Assembly (NCBI GenBank): GCA_042571705.1
Contig: JBHPFV010000005.1
Coordinates: 4,628 to 68,627, forward strand
DNA length: 64,000 nucleotides
DNA from: Candidatus Omnitrophota bacterium
Lineage (GTDB): Bacteria > Omnitrophota > Gorgyraeia > JAFGHF01
Direction of reading: 5' to 3'
In this document: piece by piece, positions 1 to 10,338 of the stretch
Layout of the letters: each line of letters starts with the position of its first letter
How positions within the stretch are numbered: the first letter of the stretch is position 1
The notes under the pieces: generated by a model
Database searches by the model: none
What the model was told of the DNA's origin: nothing
What the model saw: only the letters and a program-made list of their open reading frames with translations
Program-made: the position numbers and the translations under genes

Positions 1-2046
1 AGGCTCGTTCTTAATCTCACGATGGATAGCGACAAAGCCATCACCGCCAACTTTGATACATGGCAGCCTCCGATAGGTATCCCAGACCCCGGATGGGGGA
101 TTGATGACGATGTCAATAGTTACTATGGTGACGGAACCGGAGCCACCTACGACTACTCAGATGACGAAGTAGGAGCTGTAGCTTACAGACTGACTAGCAG
201 GAACGAGCCGTACACGCATTATATCGATCCTGACGATGGCAGTGCTACAGACACAGACAACCCTCATGGTACGGAGGCCGTACCACGTTTAACATATCCT
301 TCTAATATGAGAAACCTTCCTGCTGGCAGTGTGGTTGAGATTCACAGCGATCTTGGCTCTATGGATGGTTACACTGGTAAGATGGAAGGAGACGGAACCT
401 TAGCGGCACCAATCTTTATTCGAGGCACGGCCACCGATAAGCCGGTTTTAACCACTCTTGAAGACTATACTATGTGGCCTTCTGGTGATTACTATATTAT
501 TGAGAACATAGATTTTGACGGGGATCATGCAGCTTATCCTAAAAACCCCCAGTTTATATATCAAGATCAGAGAGGTTCTGGTGCAAAGACTCATTTGGCT
601 GTACGGGGTTGTGAGTTCCATAATACGATGGATGTACCATTGGTCGGCGGGTTTGTTATTAAAGTAGTAGGCACGCCGGGTGCTGAGACCCAAGTAGAGA
701 ATTTCGTCTTTTATAACAATAGCTTTCATCACCTTGGTGAAGGAAGAACGTTATCTCAAGATGAGGGTGGCAAAGATGTCAAGGGAATAGGGAGCTTCGG
801 AGGTGTAAAGCACGTATGGATTTTGAATAATGAGTTCTATGAGATGGCAGCCGCGGCTGCACAAACCATGTTTCAGGATGCAACATCAGATCATCCCGAG
901 TTTATCTATTTTGGCGATAATACCATTCATGATACCTTTGAGTCTGCTTTTTCCTGCAAGGATGGCAAGAATGTTATCATCTCGCAGAATGTAGCTTATA
1001 ATTATGGAACGGAGCATACAGGGGATTATGAGGATAATGCTCCCTTCACCTGTACTGGAGGAGGGGGTGAAACTGGGGAAGCGGCTGCAGGTAAACAAAA
1101 CATCTGGTATTTATTCAACACAGTTTATGATTGCACCACCGCTAAAGGTGCTTTTGCAAGTTATACGGCGGGGACAGCAGATTATCCTACCGAATTATAC
1201 TATATTGGCAACGTAATCTATGACGTTGTTAGTCCTGATGGAGATGCGGTAGGATTTTACGGTTACTGGCGTCGGGATATATATTGGATTGCCAATGTAT
1301 TATATAATGTTGACACGCCATTTTCATTCTCCCTCAGTGTACGTACTTACCACCCTTCAGATAGTATAGCGACATTTGTCAATAATATTATCGGAGACCT
1401 CCCAGCGACTAGCAAGCACGGTCAACATATGAGAATAAGTGGCAACGATGCTGCTCACGCCAGAGCAGTTTATAGCCACAATCTTTTTTATGAATCTAGT
1501 GGTGACGCCATAATTAACCGACGTCGCATGAATACAGATGGTACTCCCATATCTTTCACGGATTATACTATTGACGAGTGGGAGACCGCATTCTCTACTC
1601 AGGCTGTTGGGTTTATTGAAGCTGATCCTATGCATACTGATCCGGCCAATGGAGATTTCAGCTTACTGGCAGCTTCTGCAGCTATAGATGCCGGGACGTC
1701 ATCCGGCATCGTTCAGCAGGTGTTTGATAGATTTGAACAGCTTTACGGTATAGACATAAGGAAGGACATGGAAGGTATTTCACGGCCGCAAGGTGCTGGT
1801 TGGGATATTGGGGCTTATGAATATGGGGCCTCCGGATTTCTCTATGGCGATGTCTCTGAGAATGGCGCCATCTCAGCAACCGATGCGGCCATGGCTGCCC
1901 GCTATGCGGTCGGTTTAATTAGCTTAACTGCTGATCAAATTACCAAGGCCGATGTCTCAGGCAACGGCTCGATCTCAGCCGCGGATGCCGGCTGGATTGC
2001 CCGTAGGGCCGTGGATCCGAGTTTAGTGTTTCCGGTGGAGCCTTAG
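1..2046 (+). CDS. Secreted right-handed beta-helix (pectate-lyase fold) protein with C-terminal dockerin; 5' end cut by the window edge
   Basis: The frame is open from nt 1 (RLVLNLT precedes Met at 22). The '..TMDSDKAITANF' stretch resembles the end of an InlB-B-repeat-type module. Beta-helix repeat signatures are present (IIENIDFDG, VRGCEFHN, FYNNSFHH, ILNNEFYE). The last ~70 aa are two dockerin Ca-loops (DVSENGAISATDA, DVSGNGSISAADA). Confidence 0.75.
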   Translation, partial: RLVLNLTMDSDKAITANFDTWQPPIGIPDPGWGIDDDVNSYYGDGTGATYDYSDDEVGAVAYRLTSRNEPYTHYIDPDDGSATDTDNPHGTEAVPRLTYPSNMRNLPAGSVVEIHSDLGSMDGYTGKMEGDGTLAAPIFIRGTATDKPVLTTLEDYTMWPSGDYYIIENIDFDGDHAAYPKNPQFIYQDQRGSGAKTHLAVRGCEFHNTMDVPLVGGFVIKVVGTPGAETQVENFVFYNNSFHHLGEGRTLSQDEGGKDVKGIGSFGGVKHVWILNNEFYEMAAAAAQTMFQDATSDHPEFIYFGDNTIHDTFESAFSCKDGKNVIISQNVAYNYGTEHTGDYEDNAPFTCTGGGGETGEAAAGKQNIWYLFNTVYDCTTAKGAFASYTAGTADYPTELYYIGNVIYDVVSPDGDAVGFYGYWRRDIYWIANVLYNVDTPFSFSLSVRTYHPSDSIATFVNNIIGDLPATSKHGQHMRISGNDAAHARAVYSHNLFYESSGDAIINRRRMNTDGTPISFTDYTIDEWETAFSTQAVGFIEADPMHTDPANGDFSLLAASAAIDAGTSSGIVQQVFDRFEQLYGIDIRKDMEGISRPQGAGWDIGAYEYGASGFLYGDVSENGAISATDAAMAARYAVGLISLTADQITKADVSGNGSISAADAGWIARRAVDPSLVFPVEP

Positions 2047-2087
2047 GAGCGAAAAATGTAAAGCGAAAAGCGAAAAATGGGGCGAAA

Positions 2088-3983
2088 ATGAAAACCAAAA
2101 TCCAAGATACGAAACACATAGTCCTAACCATTCTCCTGATCATGGTCTGGTCCATTCTTGCCCAGGTTGCGGCTTGGGCAGCCACCTATTATGTGGATGC
2201 TACCAATGGTGATGACCGCAATGATGGACTTTCACCAGAAAATGCCTGGGAAACGATTAAAAAGGTTAATGACTTTAATTTTGCTGACGGAGATACCGTC
2301 CTTTTTAAAAGAGGAGAAACCTTCAGTGACGCAACCCTTACAGTAGATTATCTTCCAAATAATTTCACAATAGCTGATTACGGAGCCGGGGAGAAACCCT
2401 GGATTAATGGGAATGTCGTTAAACCGATTGATATTCGCCCTAGTGAAAAAAAGAATAATTTAATTATAAAGAATATTGATATCAGCGGGCAGGGGTGGGT
2501 GCCAACTATCACAGGAGGGTATAATACAGATTTTGGGGGCATTCATAATCTGTTGATTGACGGACTTTTTGGAGATGGCCATAAGGGATGGGTGACAGGA
2601 GACAGGATCAAACATCCTGTATGGCTACGGAGTAGTCTAACCGGAGTTATTGAAATTAAAAATTCTGAGTTATTTAACTGGGGACATAGAGAGATACGAA
2701 CTGCGGGGGATGAGACTGTTGTAATTAATCCAAGGATGATTCAGAATGCAGATAAAATTTTAATACATCACAATAAGATTTATAATATAGTTAGCGATGC
2801 TATACAGTCATTTTATGCTACCACCCCAACAGAAATTTATGAAAATGTGTTTTATAATTGCGGGGAAGAGGCAATTGATATTAAGGGAAGCGATAATTTC
2901 TATGTACACCATAATGAGTATTATAGGACACCTGATTTTACTGGTGATTGGGGATCTCCAGTTCATGATCAAACTCAGGCCTTTATGAATATCGGTAATA
3001 GTGCTGGAGAGAGCGGGTACCCAGATAGAATCTCAAAAAATGTAATTGTTGCGTATAATTATGTTCACAGTGGGGATATACGGGGAGTTAGGGCTCATGG
3101 GCATGAAAATGTGACTGTTTACGGAAACAGGTTTGAAAACATAAAAAGACCAGCCATCCATATACGGGGTCAAACTGATGTTAGCGTCTTTAATAATGTT
3201 ATAACTATAAATAATTTGATTCCTAGTACAGATGTTGATTCTGTTGGGGATCCTGTAATTCCAGAGTATGCAATGCATATTTATGGGCCAGGTAATGGTA
3301 AATATTTTAACAATGTAATACATGATGATTCTTCTCGTGTTGGTTATAGAGCAGCAGTTGTAATGAGGCGCGTAGACAATAATTTAGAGTTCAGGAATAA
3401 CATTGTCTATAACTTGAATGCAGAAGAGTATCCTTTGTTCTTTTTTGAAAATATTGGGGAGCCGGCAATTTCTAACAATATATTTTATAATGAAAACAGC
3501 GACAATAGGATATGGGCAAATGGAACTGTATATTCCTTGTCAGATCATGATTCCTGGGTTTCAGCAGGACATACAGGAGATATATTTTCTGCCCCAAGCT
3601 TTGTTAACGCTCCTGCTGATCTGCATTTGCAGGCAGGCAGCAGAGGAATTGATGAAGGAACTGATGTTGACTTAACAGAGGATTTTGAAGGAAAGCATAT
3701 TCCGCAAGATGGGGATAATAACGGAAGTGCAGAGCCTGATATTGGAGCTTATGAGTACAGTGCTGCTGCACAGCTTCTCTATGGCGATGTCTCGGAAAAC
3801 GGTGCCATCTCCGCTACCGATGCGGCGATGTGCGCCCGCTATGCCGTAGGCTTGATCACGCTGACGCCAGCGCAGATTACCGTCGCCGATGTCTCAGGCA
3901 ACGGCTCGATCTCAGCCGCGGATGCCGGCTGGATTGCCCGCAAGGCCGTGGATCCGAGCATCAGATTTCCAGTCGAGCCTTAG
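2088..3983 (+). CDS. Secreted right-handed parallel beta-helix repeat protein with C-terminal dockerin
   Basis: Signal peptide (LTILLIMVWSILAQVAAWA). N-cap YYVDATNGDDRNDG. Repeated beta-helix turns (IIKNIDISG, IHHNKIYN, VHHNEYY, VFNNVI, FRNNIVYN). The C-terminal dockerin is nearly identical to that of the upstream gene. Confidence 0.8.
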   Translation: MKTKIQDTKHIVLTILLIMVWSILAQVAAWAATYYVDATNGDDRNDGLSPENAWETIKKVNDFNFADGDTVLFKRGETFSDATLTVDYLPNNFTIADYGAGEKPWINGNVVKPIDIRPSEKKNNLIIKNIDISGQGWVPTITGGYNTDFGGIHNLLIDGLFGDGHKGWVTGDRIKHPVWLRSSLTGVIEIKNSELFNWGHREIRTAGDETVVINPRMIQNADKILIHHNKIYNIVSDAIQSFYATTPTEIYENVFYNCGEEAIDIKGSDNFYVHHNEYYRTPDFTGDWGSPVHDQTQAFMNIGNSAGESGYPDRISKNVIVAYNYVHSGDIRGVRAHGHENVTVYGNRFENIKRPAIHIRGQTDVSVFNNVITINNLIPSTDVDSVGDPVIPEYAMHIYGPGNGKYFNNVIHDDSSRVGYRAAVVMRRVDNNLEFRNNIVYNLNAEEYPLFFFENIGEPAISNNIFYNENSDNRIWANGTVYSLSDHDSWVSAGHTGDIFSAPSFVNAPADLHLQAGSRGIDEGTDVDLTEDFEGKHIPQDGDNNGSAEPDIGAYEYSAAAQLLYGDVSENGAISATDAAMCARYAVGLITLTPAQITVADVSGNGSISAADAGWIARKAVDPSIRFPVEP

Positions 3984-3992
3984 GAGCGAAAA

Positions 3993-6260
3993 ATGAGAAA
4001 CAATATAACCAGTCTTTCTATTCTGATTTTACTGTGGCTGATCCTGCCGCAAGGACCAGCCTGTGCAGAAGGTCCAACAGACTATGTCGCTTATTGGAAG
4101 CTGGATGAAACCAGCGGCAGTTTAGCTGCGGACGCCTCCGGCAATGGAATCAACGCGACCCTGCAAGGCAATGCGTCGTGGCTGCCTTCAGGCGGCAGGG
4201 TGGACGGGGCTTTGAGTCTGGACGGATCGGATGATTACGCACTCTCGAGCGACCACAGCATGCTGGACAGCGCGCATCTGACTGTGGCCGCGTGGATCTA
4301 CCACGACACAAACCAGGATGGCTGGCGCGTGATCGCTACCCGGCAGATGGGCACGGGCAACGCTGAGCACTACTTCCTTGGTCTTTGCAACAACGAATTG
4401 CGCTGGATGGTGCGGACCGAGAACGGTGTTTCGGGCCATACCACAGCCATGCCCACGATCTTCCCAGGCCAGTGGGTACACCTGGCCGGCACCTTTGACG
4501 GCCAGGCCGTGCGCGGCTACGTGAATGGTGTCGAGGTATTCAGCTACGCCCACAGTGGCAGCATCGCTGCGGACAGCAATGGCATTTGTATCGGTGCCGG
4601 CAACAACAGCGGCACTTGGGTTGAGTTTTTTGACGGCCGCATCGACGATCTGCGCATCTACAACTATGCCCTGACTGCCGCCGAGATTGCGGCTCTGACA
4701 CCCGTTGTTGTCAATGATCGAATACGTCCCTGGGCTGCAAATACCCGGTACTGGCAGTATAAGGGAGAGCCGGTACTGCTTTTAGGCGGAAGCAAGCAGG
4801 ACAATCTGTTCCAGATACCGGACCTGGAAGAGCACCTTGACCTGCTGGCAAGCGTCGGCGGCAACTACATCCGCAACACCATGAGCGACCGTGAGGAGGG
4901 CAATGTCTATCCTTACAGACAACTCCCAAGCGGACTATATGATCTCGATCAGTGGGAAGATGAGTACTGGGAGAGATTTGATACCATGCTTCGCCTTACC
5001 AATGAGCGAAACATCATAGTACAAATCGAGGTCTGGGATCGGTGGGATTTTGCCGATGGTCATTGGTTGGGGATCGAGAGCTGGGGGCCGCATCCGTACC
5101 GTCCCGCCAACAACGTCAATTATACGGAGGAAGAAACAGGGTTGGCGGAGAGCTATCCGAACATGAACTTACATCCCTTCTTTTTCACAGTCCCCGGCAT
5201 GGAGAACTACGAACCGCGATATGACCTCCTTCGTGGATACCAGGAGCGTTTCGTCGCAAAGATGCTCTCGTACAGCCTTCCCTACGGCAATGTTCTTTAT
5301 TGCATGAACAACGAGACCCCCGCTGAGGTAGCGTGGGGGCAGTACTGGATGGCATTTATCAAATCTCAGGCGGAACAGGCCGGCGTGGACGTCTGCGTGA
5401 CAGACATGTTCATTGACGTATACGATCCAGAAAACTCTGACAAGCTCAAGGTGATGCTGGACAACCCGCAGCTTTATGATTTTCTCGACGTCTCACAGGT
5501 CAATAACAGGAACTTCGGTGACACCCACTGGAATCGGTTGCATTGGATTGTCGAACAAGTTAATGTCCATCCGCGTCCCATCAATCACACCAAGATATAT
5601 TCTGATGGTGCACCCGATATATGGTGGGCAGGTACGCCGCAGGACGGAATCGAGCGATTCTGGCGAAATATCCTATGCGGATCGGCTTCGTCCAGGTTCC
5701 ATCGTCCGCCAGCTGCTGGAATCGGCCTTAACGAAACGGCGCAGGCCTGTATTCGGGCGGCAAGAAAGGCTGAAGGCCTGGTTCGTTTCTGGGATCTTAA
5801 GCCGCACATGGAATTGATCAGCGATCGTAGCGAAAACGAGGCTTACCTCGCCGCGAGCCCCGGAGAGGCATACGTTTTGTTTTTCTCTCTCGGGGGCAGC
5901 GTGCAATTGAATATGGCGGACGTTGCAGGGTCCATGACGCTGACATGGATCAATATAAGCTCCGGAGAATTTGGCGGAAGCAGTGACGTGGCCGGTGGCG
6001 GGGTCACGACGATTACCGCGCCAAGCGCATCGCCCTGGGTGGCCGTAATTATCAATTGCTACGGCGATGTTTCCGAAAACGGCTCGCTTTCAGCCTATGA
6101 CGCTTCCTTAGCTGCTCAATACGCGGTCGGCTTAATTACTTTAACTGCCAATCAAATTACTAAAGCCGATGTTACCGGAAACGGTTCAGTCTCGGCAACA
6201 GACGCCTCCTGGATTGCCCGCAAGGCGGTTGATGCCAGCGTGGTCTTTCCGGTCGAATAG
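3993..6260 (+). CDS. Secreted LamG-lectin domain + glycosidase-like (TIM-barrel-like) protein with C-terminal dockerin
   Basis: Signal peptide. LamG/concanavalin-like domain ending in FDGRIDDLRIYNYALTAAEIAAL. The central ~400 aa resemble a glycoside-hydrolase barrel, but this assignment is weak. C-terminal dockerin (DVSENGSLSAYDA, DVTGNGSVSATDA). Confidence 0.7.
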   Translation: MRNNITSLSILILLWLILPQGPACAEGPTDYVAYWKLDETSGSLAADASGNGINATLQGNASWLPSGGRVDGALSLDGSDDYALSSDHSMLDSAHLTVAAWIYHDTNQDGWRVIATRQMGTGNAEHYFLGLCNNELRWMVRTENGVSGHTTAMPTIFPGQWVHLAGTFDGQAVRGYVNGVEVFSYAHSGSIAADSNGICIGAGNNSGTWVEFFDGRIDDLRIYNYALTAAEIAALTPVVVNDRIRPWAANTRYWQYKGEPVLLLGGSKQDNLFQIPDLEEHLDLLASVGGNYIRNTMSDREEGNVYPYRQLPSGLYDLDQWEDEYWERFDTMLRLTNERNIIVQIEVWDRWDFADGHWLGIESWGPHPYRPANNVNYTEEETGLAESYPNMNLHPFFFTVPGMENYEPRYDLLRGYQERFVAKMLSYSLPYGNVLYCMNNETPAEVAWGQYWMAFIKSQAEQAGVDVCVTDMFIDVYDPENSDKLKVMLDNPQLYDFLDVSQVNNRNFGDTHWNRLHWIVEQVNVHPRPINHTKIYSDGAPDIWWAGTPQDGIERFWRNILCGSASSRFHRPPAAGIGLNETAQACIRAARKAEGLVRFWDLKPHMELISDRSENEAYLAASPGEAYVLFFSLGGSVQLNMADVAGSMTLTWINISSGEFGGSSDVAGGGVTTITAPSASPWVAVIINCYGDVSENGSLSAYDASLAAQYAVGLITLTANQITKADVTGNGSVSATDASWIARKAVDASVVFPVE

Positions 6261-6305
6261 TTTCTCTTGTCTTCCCCGCCAAATTATGCTAAAATTCCTA
6301 TTACT

Positions 6306-8768
6306 ATGACGGAGTCTGTCTATCCCTTTAAAAAAATTGAGGCTAAGTGGCAGAGGCATTGGCAGAAGATCGGCCTGTTTAAAATGGACCCTAAATCTGC
6401 TAAAGCTAAATACTACTGCCTGATGATGTTTCCTTACCCCTCGGCGGCCTTGCATGTCGGCCATGGCCGCAATTACATCATTGGTGATGTTGTGGCCCGG
6501 TTTATGATGATGAAGGGCTATAATGTGCTCACCCCCATGGGCTGGGATGCCTTTGGCCTGCCGGCAGAAAACGCCGCCATCAAAGACGGCGTCCATCCTA
6601 AGACCTCTACCCTTAAAAATATCGCCCAGATGAAGAAACAGCTCAATGCCTGGGGCACAGGTTACGATTGGGCTCGTGAAGTCACTTCCTGCCTTCCGGA
6701 TTATTATAAATGGACGCAGTGGATCTTCTTAAAGCTTTACCAGCAGGGCTTAGCATACAAGAAAAAGGCCGCGCTAAACTGGTGTCCTTCCTGCCAGACC
6801 ATTCTAGCAAATGAGCAGGTGATTGAAGGAAAATGCTGGCGATGCGAGAGCCAGGTAGGGGAGAAAGAGCTGGAACAATGGTTCTTTAAGATTACCGCCT
6901 ATGCCCAGCGGTTATTGGACGATTTGGCTAAGTTGAAAGAGTGGCCGGAGCGGGTGCGGATAATGCAGCAGAACTGGATTGGACGCAGCGAAGGCGTGAA
7001 AATAGATTTTCCTATTGTTGGTGAAGGCGGCCGCTCGTTAAGCTGTTTTACCACCCGCGTAGATACTATCTATGGGGCTACTTATATGGTCTTAGCCCCT
7101 GAGCATCCGGAGATCGAGGCATTAGTGGCCGATGCCCCTGACAAAGATGATATTGTTGCGTTTATTGAAAGGGCGCGGCAGCAAAATATTATGGCCCGGG
7201 CCGATGCCGAGATAGAAAAAGAAGGTATCTTTACCGGCAGACATGTGATTAACCCGGTCAATAACCGCCAGATCCCGCTTTGGATTGCCAATTATGTGTT
7301 GATGGAATATGGTTCCGGAGCGGTGATGGCTGTGCCGGCGCATGATCAGCGCGACTTTGAGTTTGCTAAAAAATATAATTTACCTGTCGAGGTAGTGATT
7401 GATAACCCTCAGCGGCCTTTAGATGCTCAAAGCATGCCCCAGGCCTATGTTGACGATGGCCTGATGGTCAATTCCCAGACCTTTAACGGCCTGGGCAACC
7501 GCGAAGCGATGGAAAAGATCGCCGATTTTATGGAACAAAAAAAGATCGGCCGGCGCACCATACATTATCGTCTGCGTGACTGGTTGATTTCGCGGCAGAG
7601 ATATTGGGGCGCGCCGATTCCGATTATCTATTGTGAAAAATGCGGCCAGGTCCCGGTTCCGGAAGATCAACTTCCGGTTTTACTGCCGGAGAAGGTCGAG
7701 TTTAAACCGCACGGGGAGTCGCCGCTGAAACAAGCCAAAAGTTTTGTCCGGACGAGCTGTCCCAAATGTAAAGCTGAGGCCACTCGTGAGACTGATACCA
7801 TGGATACATTTGTCGATTCCAGCTGGTATTATTTGCGCTACCTTTGCCCCCAAGACAAAACCCAGGCCTTTAATCGCGCACTGGTCAATAAATGGCTGCC
7901 TGTGGACCAATATATCGGCGGGGTGGAACACGCTATCTTACATCTTTTATATTCCCGCTTTATTACTAAGGTCTTTTTTGATTTGGGATTGATCGGTTTC
8001 GATGAGCCGTTCAAAAGGCTGTTCACCCAGGGAATGATTATCAAAAACGGGGCCAAGATGTCCAAATCTAAGGGTAACGTAGTTTCACCCGATCAGCTGA
8101 TTGCCAGATATGGGGCCGATACGCTCAGGTTGTATACTTTATTTATTGGTCCGCCGGAAAAAGATGCCGAATGGAATGATCGCGGCGTAGAAGGGTCCTG
8201 GCGGTTTCTGAATCGAGTCTGGAGGCTGGTAGAAAAAGTTAAAACGAAAAACGAAAAACTAAAAACTAAGGAAAGCCGGGCTCATGGCCAGTTAAACAGG
8301 AAGATACATTTAACAATTAAAAAGGTGACTGAAGATATTGAGCAGGAATTCCATTTTAATACCGCGATTTCCGCGGTGATGGAGCTGGTCAATGAGACCT
8401 ATAAGGCCCAGGAGCAAGGCCTAGATGTGGCGACCTTAAAACAGGCACAGGAAACAATAGTGATCTTGCTGACTCCTTTTGTGCCTCATCTGGCTGAAGA
8501 GCTGTGGCAGAGGCTAGGACACAAGCAGAGCCTGCATCAACTTTGCTGGCCTGATTATGACAAAGCCGCCCTGCAGGCCGCCGAGGCCCTGATTGTGGTT
8601 CAGGTCAATGGCCGGGTCCGGGCCAAAATTACTGTTGCCCACAATTTAGAACAAGAGAAATTAAAGCAGCTGATCCTGCAGGATCCAAAAGTTACCAAAT
8701 GGCTTAACGGTAAGCCGATCAAGAAGTTTTTAATTGTCCCTAATAAACTGGTCAGCCTGGTAATATGA
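6306..8768 (+). CDS. leuS: Leucyl-tRNA synthetase
   Basis: HIGH-type motif (HVGHGRNY), KMSKS (KMSKSKGN), CP1 editing region and Zn-type CxxC pairs. The ORF opens at 6267, but the conserved N-terminus (TESVYPFKKIEAKWQ) starts at Met 6306. Confidence 0.95.
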   Translation: MTESVYPFKKIEAKWQRHWQKIGLFKMDPKSAKAKYYCLMMFPYPSAALHVGHGRNYIIGDVVARFMMMKGYNVLTPMGWDAFGLPAENAAIKDGVHPKTSTLKNIAQMKKQLNAWGTGYDWAREVTSCLPDYYKWTQWIFLKLYQQGLAYKKKAALNWCPSCQTILANEQVIEGKCWRCESQVGEKELEQWFFKITAYAQRLLDDLAKLKEWPERVRIMQQNWIGRSEGVKIDFPIVGEGGRSLSCFTTRVDTIYGATYMVLAPEHPEIEALVADAPDKDDIVAFIERARQQNIMARADAEIEKEGIFTGRHVINPVNNRQIPLWIANYVLMEYGSGAVMAVPAHDQRDFEFAKKYNLPVEVVIDNPQRPLDAQSMPQAYVDDGLMVNSQTFNGLGNREAMEKIADFMEQKKIGRRTIHYRLRDWLISRQRYWGAPIPIIYCEKCGQVPVPEDQLPVLLPEKVEFKPHGESPLKQAKSFVRTSCPKCKAEATRETDTMDTFVDSSWYYLRYLCPQDKTQAFNRALVNKWLPVDQYIGGVEHAILHLLYSRFITKVFFDLGLIGFDEPFKRLFTQGMIIKNGAKMSKSKGNVVSPDQLIARYGADTLRLYTLFIGPPEKDAEWNDRGVEGSWRFLNRVWRLVEKVKTKNEKLKTKESRAHGQLNRKIHLTIKKVTEDIEQEFHFNTAISAVMELVNETYKAQEQGLDVATLKQAQETIVILLTPFVPHLAEELWQRLGHKQSLHQLCWPDYDKAALQAAEALIVVQVNGRVRAKITVAHNLEQEKLKQLILQDPKVTKWLNGKPIKKFLIVPNKLVSLVI

Positions 8769-9958
8769 AATCAATGCCGAAAAATTTATTTATTTTAGTA
8801 ATTACTATTTCGTTATGCTGGCCTGGGGCCTCGCAAGCGGATGAGGTGGGTTTGAGTAACGGCAATGTGCTTACGGGTATTGTGATTAAGGAAACAGAGG
8901 ACGCGGTGGGCCTGGAGGTATCTATAGGAGCGAGCATTACTTTCTCTAAGCAGGATGTAGCCTATATAAAAAGATGGGATCAGGAGCAAAATCAGGAGCT
9001 GACCGAGCTATGGCAGCGGGAAAGAGAAGAGCGTAGTCAGGCGGAGCTGGCGCGTCAGAAGTTTGAGGCCAGGCAAAAGGCCCGTGGCTTGGTTAAATAT
9101 CGCGGTAAGTGGATTGCCGAGACTGATAAGAAAAAAATGGAGACCAAAGAATATATCGATAGTGTGCTTAAGGCCAAGCTTGAGCGGGGTGAAATTGCCC
9201 AATCCACAGATAGCGGCCGCACTAAGGTGGCCCGGACTATTCTTACCAGAGGCAATTGGCATTATCGCACCACCGAACATTTTATTGTTTATTATGAGGA
9301 TTTAATGCAGTCTAAGATTGTCGCCGACCGCGCAGAGTATTATTATGAAAAGATTGCCTACGATTTAGATTATGACAAATCAATCTATTGGCCCCAGAAG
9401 TGCGAGGTATTTATTATTCCCAGCGAAGAGAAGTGGGAAGAGTATATGCGGGGGCTAGTGCGCAGGTTTGATCATATCGGCGGTTTTGTGCCCAGTACCG
9501 GAGAAAAAGAGATCTATCTGTGCACTTTAAGCCTACCGTATCTTTCGGTTACCTTTCCGCATGAACTGACGCACCTGATCTTTGCTGAGTTCGCCGGAGG
9601 CGCAGCCATCCCGCTTTGGTTGAATGAAGGCTTAGCGATTTATGAAAGCGGCTTAATCGGTTATGCCGATGAGATGCTGCGAGAAAAAGTCAAGCAGGCC
9701 GAGCACATGCCTTTGAAAGATATGCTGGAGAGCGAAGATTATCCTCAGAGCGAAGAAGGGATGAAGCTCTATTATGCCCAGGCTGAAAAAACAGTAGAGT
9801 TTCTAATTACCCAACATGGCCGCAAGAGGTTTTCCCGCCTTTGCCGATTGTTATTCGGCGGTCAGTCCTTTGCCAAGGCCTTGAATTTAGCTTACGGCGA
9901 CGTATATTACAACCAGGATGAATTTCAGCGGGCCTGGATCAAGTATATCTTGAAATAA
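8765..9958 (+). CDS. Secreted peptidase-MA-like (HExxH) domain protein
   Basis: Signal peptide. HELTH followed by WLNEGLAIYES, a gluzincin-like arrangement typical of peptidase MA-like domains. ATGA overlap with the leuS stop. Confidence 0.6.
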   Translation: MKSMPKNLFILVITISLCWPGASQADEVGLSNGNVLTGIVIKETEDAVGLEVSIGASITFSKQDVAYIKRWDQEQNQELTELWQREREERSQAELARQKFEARQKARGLVKYRGKWIAETDKKKMETKEYIDSVLKAKLERGEIAQSTDSGRTKVARTILTRGNWHYRTTEHFIVYYEDLMQSKIVADRAEYYYEKIAYDLDYDKSIYWPQKCEVFIIPSEEKWEEYMRGLVRRFDHIGGFVPSTGEKEIYLCTLSLPYLSVTFPHELTHLIFAEFAGGAAIPLWLNEGLAIYESGLIGYADEMLREKVKQAEHMPLKDMLESEDYPQSEEGMKLYYAQAEKTVEFLITQHGRKRFSRLCRLLFGGQSFAKALNLAYGDVYYNQDEFQRAWIKYILK

Positions 9959-9960
9959 AG

Positions 9961-10326
9961 ATGCTTAATTTAACTAAACAGGAAAAAATAATTCTCTTGT
10001 TTTTAACCGTCAGCTTTATTTGCGGGTCGGCCTTTAGCGCTTTCAAAAAAAGTCAAGCTAGCCCCAAACTTAGGATTCAGACCTACGAAATAGAAACGCT
10101 GGAAGACGCCGATAGATTCATCGAACAGCAGGCCCAGGTTAATATTAATAGTTTTGATATCAACGAACTTACCCGCTTGCCCGGCATCGGCAAGACCTTT
10201 GCCCAAAGGATTATCGACTACCATAAACTGAACGGCCCTTTCTATGGCAAAGAGGAATTAATGCGGGTTAAAGGCATCGGTGAGAAAAAGTTCGAAATAT
10301 TAAAAGATTCAGTTATCTTAGAATAA
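9961..10326 (+). CDS. comEA: ComEA-type helix-hairpin-helix DNA-binding competence protein
   Basis: N-terminal TM segment. Tandem HhH motifs (LTRLPGIGKTFAQRII, LMRVKGIGEKKFEIL). Confidence 0.85.
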   Translation: MLNLTKQEKIILLFLTVSFICGSAFSAFKKSQASPKLRIQTYEIETLEDADRFIEQQAQVNINSFDINELTRLPGIGKTFAQRIIDYHKLNGPFYGKEELMRVKGIGEKKFEILKDSVILE

Positions 10327-10338
10327 ATTTTTGAAAAA

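Noticed and set aside
2047-2100. A-rich periodic tracts (gcgaaaa repeats at 2047-2100; cgaaaaa/ctaaaaa at 8240-8275 inside leuS)
   Set aside because: These are short, low-complexity tracts. The leuS copy is an in-frame Lys-rich linker (KVKTKNEKLKTKES). There is no evidence of a mobile or regulatory element.
6186-6596. 136-aa minus-strand ORF across the leuS start
   Set aside because: It is antisense to the highly conserved leuS N-terminus (HIGH region), and is a shadow ORF.
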